Assembly: GCA_965242865.1 (NCBI GenBank)
Contig: CBDETK010000013.1
Coordinates: 5,549,567-5,613,566 of the forward strand
Origin: Candidatus Latescibacterota bacterium
Lineage (GTDB): Bacteria > Latescibacterota > UBA2968 > UBA8231
Direction: 5' to 3'
Length of the DNA: 64,000 nt
A model generated the notes under the pieces. The model ran no database searches, was not told where the DNA came from, and saw nothing but the letters and a program-made list of their open reading frames with translations. The translations under genes were made by a program, and so were the position numbers. The number at the start of each line of letters is the position of its first letter. Within the stretch, counting starts at the first letter, position 1. Shown here in pieces: positions 58,701 to 64,000 of this stretch.

Positions 58701-60212
58701 ATGTATTCCATTTTCTACGTCTTCGGCCTGCTGGTGTGCGCCGTCGCCGCCAACGCCGAGACCCTGACCAAGGAGCAGCAGCGCATCCTGCTCGACCTCG
58801 AAGAGGCCCATCTGACCCGCCAACAAGCCCAAGCACACGAGGCTGAGATCGCCATTGAGCACGAGCAGATGATTGGCCTCAAGGAACGCGGCGTGGTCAC
58901 CGGCCAAGAGCTGCGCCGCGCCCGCGAGCGATTTGAGCGCGCCGGCCAGATGCGGCAACAAGCCGACCTCAACCTCCAGCGCGCCTTTCTCAACTCCCTC
59001 AGCGACGCCACCCACCTAACGGTCGTCAACGGCCAAAAGTACGGGGTCGAGGGCGACAAGGTGCGCGTGCGGCTCACCCTGCGGAATGACTCGGACCTCC
59101 ACTTGGCGCAAATGGTCGATCGCGCCCGCCGCCGCTACGCCATCAACGGCCTCGACCAAGACGCAGAGTCCCTGTTGCAGGTCAACAACATCTTCGTCAC
59201 CATCCTCGCCGACCGCGTCATGGTCGGCCAGCCCTACCAAGTCCACATCCCGGTGCTGGCCCTCGGCGAGGAAGTCGAAGTCGAAGTCGGCTTGCAGCGG
59301 CCCGAAGTCGAAGACCTCACCGTGCAGCTCCAATACCTCAACCGCACGGACGACCACGTCATCCACCTAGAGAAAGCGTCGGCCCGCGACGTCGTGCGCG
59401 TGTATGCCACTCAGTTTTCTCAAGAAGGCCCGCTGGGCAATTCCGTGGAATACGAGTTGCAGCTAGAGCGGCTGGCCGAAGACGAAAAGATCTTCCAATT
59501 GATGGCGCACGGCCTGCCCGACGACTTCCGCTGGGAGTTTGCCAGCGGGGGCCGCACCCTGTCGCGGCTGCGCTTTTCCCGCGACCACTCCAACGATTCC
59601 CTGACCCTCAACGTGTACGTGCCCGAACAGGCCGTCAGCTTTGCCGTGGACCAGCCGCTCGTGTTCTCGGTGCTCGCCTACGATCCCAAGGACATCGAAG
59701 CCGAGGTGTTGGCCGCGGCCGACCCCGACCGCCTGCAAGCCATGGGCATTGGCTACGAGCAACTGCAACTGGTGCCCACCGGCCGCGCCGAGCTGGAGTT
59801 GAGCACCCTCAACCTCGACCTCGCCGTCAATGGCGCCGGCGAGTCCCAGTCCGTTTGGCAGCTCCGCAACCTCGGCACGGTGGAATTGCTCGACATCCGC
59901 CTACAAGCCCTGTCGCCGCCCGGCTGGGAAGTGTCCTTTGAGCCGCAGGAAATCGCCCTGCTACAGCCGCGTGCGGAGGTAGAAGCCCTGCTGACCGTGC
60001 GGCCAGTCAACAGCGCCGAAATCGGCCGCTACGAAGTCAAGACCAGCGCCAGCACCCAGCACAAGGGGCAGTGGGTCGAGTCGGTCGAGCGCACCGTCAA
60101 CATAAACATCAAGAGCGATGGGTCGTTTTGGGGCATCACCGGGTTGGTGCTCTTGCTGGTGACCATCGTGCTCGGCGTGGCTGTCTTCACCGTGCAATGG
60201 AGCAAGCGATGA
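58701..60212 (+). CDS. Secreted, C-terminally anchored protein: coiled-coil hairpin + Ig-like (NEW3/NPCBM-associated-like) domains
   Basis: Signal peptide; helical GVVTGQEL hairpin; LRNLG..PPGWEVSFEP..IGRYEV; C-terminal TM + KR. Confidence 0.75.
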   Translation: MYSIFYVFGLLVCAVAANAETLTKEQQRILLDLEEAHLTRQQAQAHEAEIAIEHEQMIGLKERGVVTGQELRRARERFERAGQMRQQADLNLQRAFLNSLSDATHLTVVNGQKYGVEGDKVRVRLTLRNDSDLHLAQMVDRARRRYAINGLDQDAESLLQVNNIFVTILADRVMVGQPYQVHIPVLALGEEVEVEVGLQRPEVEDLTVQLQYLNRTDDHVIHLEKASARDVVRVYATQFSQEGPLGNSVEYELQLERLAEDEKIFQLMAHGLPDDFRWEFASGGRTLSRLRFSRDHSNDSLTLNVYVPEQAVSFAVDQPLVFSVLAYDPKDIEAEVLAAADPDRLQAMGIGYEQLQLVPTGRAELELSTLNLDLAVNGAGESQSVWQLRNLGTVELLDIRLQALSPPGWEVSFEPQEIALLQPRAEVEALLTVRPVNSAEIGRYEVKTSASTQHKGQWVESVERTVNINIKSDGSFWGITGLVLLLVTIVLGVAVFTVQWSKR

Positions 60213-61606
60213 CTGCCTACCGATTGGCCTTAGCCGCCCTCGCCTGCGGGGCGAGCGCCCTGTGCGCCGAGGAGTGGGACCTAACGACCTGTCAGCGCGC
60301 GGCCGGCCAGCACAGCCCGGTGATCGAGGCGGCGCGCGCCCGCTGGCATACGACGCGCGCGCGCACCCGCCTCGATGTGGCCGAGCAACTGCCGGACGTT
60401 GGCCTGCAAGCCCAGTACGAGCGCAGCGACTGGGCGGACGCGACCGCGCCAGAGGCCGACCAACGCGCACTGTTCTTGCAAGCCCGGCAAGAGCTCTTGC
60501 GCTACGGGGCCACCACCCCAACGCGCTTTGCCGCCCAGCACCGCGAGCAGGCCGAAAAGGCGCGCTACCGCCAAGCCATCATCGACGTGGATAGCCAAGT
60601 GCGCCAAGCCTATTACCGCCTGCTGCTGACGCGCGACGAAATCGCCAACCGCGACGAGTTGCTCGCGTACTTCCGCGCCAAAATGGAGCGGGTGCAAACG
60701 CGCCTCGACGCCGGCTTGGCCCGGCCAGTGGAGCTGTACGAAGCCGAGCTCGAAGTGCTCGAAGAGCAGGCGCGCATCAACCACCTCCAGCGCACCCTGC
60801 GCGCCCTGCATCTACAGCTCTTCACCGAGATTGGCTTGGTGGGCAAACGCTCGCTGCGCGCCCTTGAGATTGTCGGCCCGCCCTACGAGCAACTGCAATT
60901 GCTCGACCCCAGCGAAGCGGATTTGCCCGGCCTGCTCGAGGAAGCCCGGGCCAACCGGCCGCAACTGGACGAACTCGTCTGGCAAATCGGCCAACAGCAG
61001 CGGCAGGCCCGCAGCGTGTTGTGGCAATGGGCACCTCACGTCGGCCTGCAACTGACCAAGGATTTCCAAGACACGGACCTCGGCTTGGACTGGAGCGGCA
61101 ACGGCCAGACTTGGAAGCTGGTGGGGTCGGGCCGCCGGTCGCTGGCCAGCCGGGGCTTGGCGGCCGAGCCGGACGCGGGCGAGGGCTGGCGGGTGATGGC
61201 CAACGTGTCGCTGCCCCTGTTCCAAGGGGGGCGGCGGCTGGCCCAGCGCACCGAGGAGAACGCGCGGCTCCACGAGCTGCGCCAAAACCGCGACGAGACC
61301 CGCCACTGGATCGAACTCGAAGTGGTGGAGGCGTTTTACGATTTGAAGAGCCGGCAGGAAAACACCCAGATTCTGCGCCGGCGTGCGGACGTGGCTCGCC
61401 AGCGGTTGGACACGGTCGAAGAGCTGTTTGAAAACGCCATGGGCAACCTCAACTTCGACGACATCCGCCGCCAGCGCACCGCCGTCAACCTAGCCGAGCA
61501 GCGCTACTTCGCCGAGCGCTTGGCGTACATCCTCGCGGCCGAAAAGCTGCGGCGGATCTTGGGCCGAGCCCTCAACAGCGAGTTTTACCAAACCCGTGAT
61601 CAGTAA
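60209..61606 (+). CDS. TolC family outer-membrane efflux protein
   Basis: Signal peptide, VRQAYY, RLDAGLA, VSLPLFQGG, EVVEAFY. Confidence 0.85.
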   Translation: MTAYRLALAALACGASALCAEEWDLTTCQRAAGQHSPVIEAARARWHTTRARTRLDVAEQLPDVGLQAQYERSDWADATAPEADQRALFLQARQELLRYGATTPTRFAAQHREQAEKARYRQAIIDVDSQVRQAYYRLLLTRDEIANRDELLAYFRAKMERVQTRLDAGLARPVELYEAELEVLEEQARINHLQRTLRALHLQLFTEIGLVGKRSLRALEIVGPPYEQLQLLDPSEADLPGLLEEARANRPQLDELVWQIGQQQRQARSVLWQWAPHVGLQLTKDFQDTDLGLDWSGNGQTWKLVGSGRRSLASRGLAAEPDAGEGWRVMANVSLPLFQGGRRLAQRTEENARLHELRQNRDETRHWIELEVVEAFYDLKSRQENTQILRRRADVARQRLDTVEELFENAMGNLNFDDIRRQRTAVNLAEQRYFAERLAYILAAEKLRRILGRALNSEFYQTRDQ

Positions 61607-61634
61607 CCCCTGATCGCAAAGAAAGGATCGCCTC

Positions 61635-62359
61635 ATGTTGGAGATCATCGGACTTTCCAAGCACTACGGTGACGTCAAAGCGGTCACCGACCTCACCCTG
61701 ACCGTCGAAGAAGGGGAGATTTTCACCATGCTCGGTGCCAACGGCGCCGGCAAGACCACCACCTTGATGGTCGCGTTGGGCTTTACCGAACCCACCGAGG
61801 GGACGGTCAAGCTGTGCGGCATCGACATCACCGAGCAGCCCTTAGAGGCCAAAAAGCACGTGGCGTACGTCTCGGAAAACGTCATGCTCTACGGCAACTT
61901 CAGCGCGCGGCAAAACTTGGATTTCTTCACCCGCTTGAGCGGCCAGCCGCCCCAAGACGCGGCCCAGTACGACCAGATCATGGGGCGGGTGGGGCTGCAA
62001 TCGGAGGCGTTTGACCGCCCGGGTCAAGGAGTTTTCCAAGGGGATGCGGCAGAAGCTGGGCATTGCCATTGCCATCGCCAAGGACGCCCGCATCGTGCTG
62101 CTCGACGGAGCCGACCTCTGGCCTCGATCCCAAGTCCGGGGCCGAGTTCTTGGCGTTGCTGGACCAGTTGCGCGACGAGGGCAAGGCCATCTGGATGACG
62201 ACCCACGACGTGTTCCGGGCGCGGGTGATCGCCGACCGACTCGGCATCATGGTCGAGGGCCACCTCGTCAAGACGCTCAGCCGCGCCGAGTTCCAAGAGG
62301 CCGACTTGGAGCGGCTCTACGTCGAGTACGTGGAGCAGCCCGTCGTGCCAGCGGCTTAG
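61635..62359 (+). CDS. ABC ATP-binding protein carrying two +1 frameshifts (sequencing error or pseudogene)
   Basis: GANGAGKTT in frame 1; FSKGMRQK..IVLLD in a second frame after about 62018; EPTSGLDP..TTHD in a third frame after about 62107. Confidence 0.85.
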
Positions 62360-62377
62360 GGGACGCAGGGGGTTTCT

Positions 62378-62452
62378 GGATTCCCGCGTTCGCGGGAATG
62401 ACGGTAGGAGCGTTCGCGGGGGGCTCCGTCATTCCCGTGAAAACGGGAATCC
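62378..62452. repeat. Inverted pair of REP palindromes
   Basis: ggattcccgcgttcgcgggaatgac (62378) and gtcattcccgtgaaaacgggaatcc (62428). Confidence 0.85.
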
Positions 62453-62526
62453 AGCCGAGATCGTTTGGACGCAAGAAACGACCACCAGAGTTTGCAGACC
62501 GCTTCTTAGGATGGAGGCATGCTGAC

Positions 62527-63000
62527 ATGGAAACCACGGCGCTGGACTCAATTCACCAAAAGCGCATATACGGATTGGCGTACCAGTATATGACCAACCG
62601 CGAGGATGCCGAGGATGTCGTCCAAGAGGTGCTGCTCCGCCTGTGGGACCACAATTCCGGCCTTACCGGCCAAGCTCAGGAGGCTTGGATCTATCGGGTG
62701 ACGCGCAACGCCTGTTTGGACGCCTTGCGGCGGCGGAACAGCTATCGCTCGGCGGTTGAGACTCGGGCGGGCGAACCCGCCGGGCAGAACGCCTCGGCGG
62801 TCGAGGGGAGCTTGCTCCAGCACCTCGGCATTGAGGAGGCCCTGAGCCGATTGGCCGAGCCTTACCGAACCGTTATCCGGCTGCGGTATTTTAAGGGGCT
62901 GTCTTGCAAAGCGACGAGTCAGGAGCTAGGGATGCCCCTTAGTACGGTCAAAGTATATCTCCACCGCGGCCGGAGACGCCTGCGGGACCTTTTGGAGTAA
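62527..63000 (+). CDS. ECF sigma-70 factor
   Basis: RBS ggagg; DAEDVVQEVLLRLW..WIYRVTRNACLDALRRR; region 4 LGMPLSTVKVYLHRGRRRL. Confidence 0.9.
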   Translation: METTALDSIHQKRIYGLAYQYMTNREDAEDVVQEVLLRLWDHNSGLTGQAQEAWIYRVTRNACLDALRRRNSYRSAVETRAGEPAGQNASAVEGSLLQHLGIEEALSRLAEPYRTVIRLRYFKGLSCKATSQELGMPLSTVKVYLHRGRRRLRDLLE

Positions 63001-63045
63001 ATCGATCGACGTGTTCTACAATCTGCTCCACTTTTTTATTTTTTT

Positions 63046-63075
63046 TGTAACATTTTTCTAACGGCATACGTTATT
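63046..63075 (+). promoter_or_regulatory. Putative ECF promoter copy 1
   Basis: TGTAAC-N17-CGTT after a T-tract; duplicated near 63796. Confidence 0.6.
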
Positions 63076-63139
63076 ACTTATGAAGCGTTCTTAAAACAGA
63101 TAAAGACGATCTTTCACCTCCACCTCAAGGGGGACTGTC

Positions 63140-63334
63140 ATGAAGCGGAAACTGTCGAAAGTGGCCATCGGCCTCATTGCCCTCGCTGTGCAACTCTTGC
63201 CGAGCAAAGCAGAGGCTATAACGTGCTGCATAGAACTGCCGAGTGGGGTCAAGATGTGCATCTATTGCCCTAGTGACGCTAGCTGCGAATTTGAGCTGTT
63301 AGGCAACGGCAATTATAGGGTTATGTGCATATAG
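63140..63334 (+). CDS. Small secreted cysteine-rich peptide (26-aa signal, 38-aa mature, 6 Cys)
   Basis: RBS aagggg; MKRKLSKVAIGLIALAVQLLPSKAEA then ITCCIELPSGVKMCIYCPSDASCEFELLGNGNYRVMCI. Confidence 0.8.
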   Translation: MKRKLSKVAIGLIALAVQLLPSKAEAITCCIELPSGVKMCIYCPSDASCEFELLGNGNYRVMCI

Positions 63335-63427
63335 CCAACTTGCCCAGCAGCTATCCTCGGTTGATCTACATACCCTCCACTTTGCCTTGAGTTATCGAGG
63401 ATAACTTGCGAGGGAGGCAGGCTCGTC

Positions 63428-63776
63428 ATGAAAAACACGTATCGCTACTCAATATACCAAAAGCGCATATACGGATTAGCGTGCCAGTATATGGCCAACC
63501 GCGAGGATGCCGAGGACGTCGTCCAAGAGGTGCCTGCCCCGCCTGTGGAACCATCACTCTTGCCTTACCAGCGAAGGGCAGGAGGCTTGGATAGGGCGGG
63601 TGACGCGCAACGCCTGTTTGGACGCCTTGCGTTGCGGCGACGGAACAACTATCGCTCGGCTGTCGGGACTCAGGCAGGCGAAGCAGCCGTGCAGAACGCC
63701 CCGGTGGTTGAGACGAATTTGCTTCAGCACCTCGGCATCGAGGAGGCTCTGAGCCGACTGGCGGAGCCCTACCGAT
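63428..63776 (+). pseudogene. Frameshifted, region-4-deleted copy of the ECF sigma gene
   Basis: Close DNA match to 62550-62868; frameshifts near 63533 and 63630; ends at AEPYR then jumps to the downstream promoter copy. Confidence 0.85.
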
Positions 63777-63795
63777 TTTATTTTTTTATTTTTTT

Positions 63796-63825
63796 TGTAA
63801 CATTTTCCTAACGGCATCCGTTATT
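63796..63825 (+). promoter_or_regulatory. Putative ECF promoter copy 2
   Basis: tgtaacattttcctaacggcatccgttatt, nearly identical to copy 1. Confidence 0.6.
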
Positions 63826-63877
63826 ACTTATGAGAAGCGTTCTTAAACAATGCGAAAATCATGCAAGGAGGCTTTCT

Positions 63878-64000
63878 GTGAAAACGCTTACGCTCTTGTG
63901 CAGTGCGCTTATTATCACACCCGTACCCAGTCAAGCCCGCGAAGGGGGCTATGGCGGCTTTACCCAAGAGAACATACAGGAGTTTTACGACTACATACAC
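63878..64000 (+). CDS. Secreted hypothetical protein, paralog C (5' part; runs off the right edge)
   Basis: RBS aaggagg, GTG; MKTLTLLCSALIITPVPSQAREGGYGGFTQENIQEFYDYIH matches YGGF..FYDYIH of paralogs A and B. Confidence 0.75.
   Translation, partial: MKTLTLLCSALIITPVPSQAREGGYGGFTQENIQEFYDYIH

Noticed and set aside
62011-62526. 329-aa ABC-sigma fusion ORF
   Set aside because: Artefact of the ATPase frameshift plus read-through across REPs; the sigma has its own RBS and ATG at 62527.
63140-63334. Ranthipeptide/lanthipeptide precursor
   Set aside because: It has a Sec-type signal rather than a RiPP leader, and no modifying enzymes are visible, although the window ends nearby.

Overview
GC-rich bacterial window, apparently from a diderm (TolC, outer-membrane porin, lipoproteins, LPS-type sugar genes). 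LRR/YWTD, TPR, FG-GAP and DUF6785-like proteins suggest an uncultured, possibly sponge-associated lineage such as Latescibacterota or Poribacteria; this taxonomy is inference only. Left to right: (1) 1-10.9 kb, a divergent cluster of a DUF6785-like membrane protein, a membrane/spermidine-synthase-like fusion, two CRTAC1/ASPIC-UnbV FG-GAP proteins and a TPR lipoprotein; (2) a Tsx-like porin plus an NCS2 permease with an extra C-terminal domain; (3) a structured tandem repeat followed by an LRR+YWTD lipoprotein; (4) 16.7-34.9 kb, housekeeping/envelope genes; (5) 34.8-50.6 kb, a defence/mobility hotspot (three TA loci, IS630 remnant, GIY-YIG protein, EcoRII-like RM cassette bracketed by a 410-bp direct repeat, type IIG RM, intact IS5) around a core metabolic operon; (6) ligA; (7) 52.9-64 kb, the best candidate for an undescribed system. 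It has two sigma54 promoters, each with the same paired TGCG-N9-CGCA enhancer, driving paralogous secreted proteins of unknown family, two ABC permeases, a NEW3-like membrane protein, TolC and an ABC ATPase. An ECF sigma follows, and a duplicated ECF-type promoter precedes a secreted 6-Cys 38-aa peptide and a third paralog of the secreted family. Small MITEs with IS5-type and IS630-type ends both carry the same REP palindrome. All assignments come from reading motifs by eye; no database searches were run.
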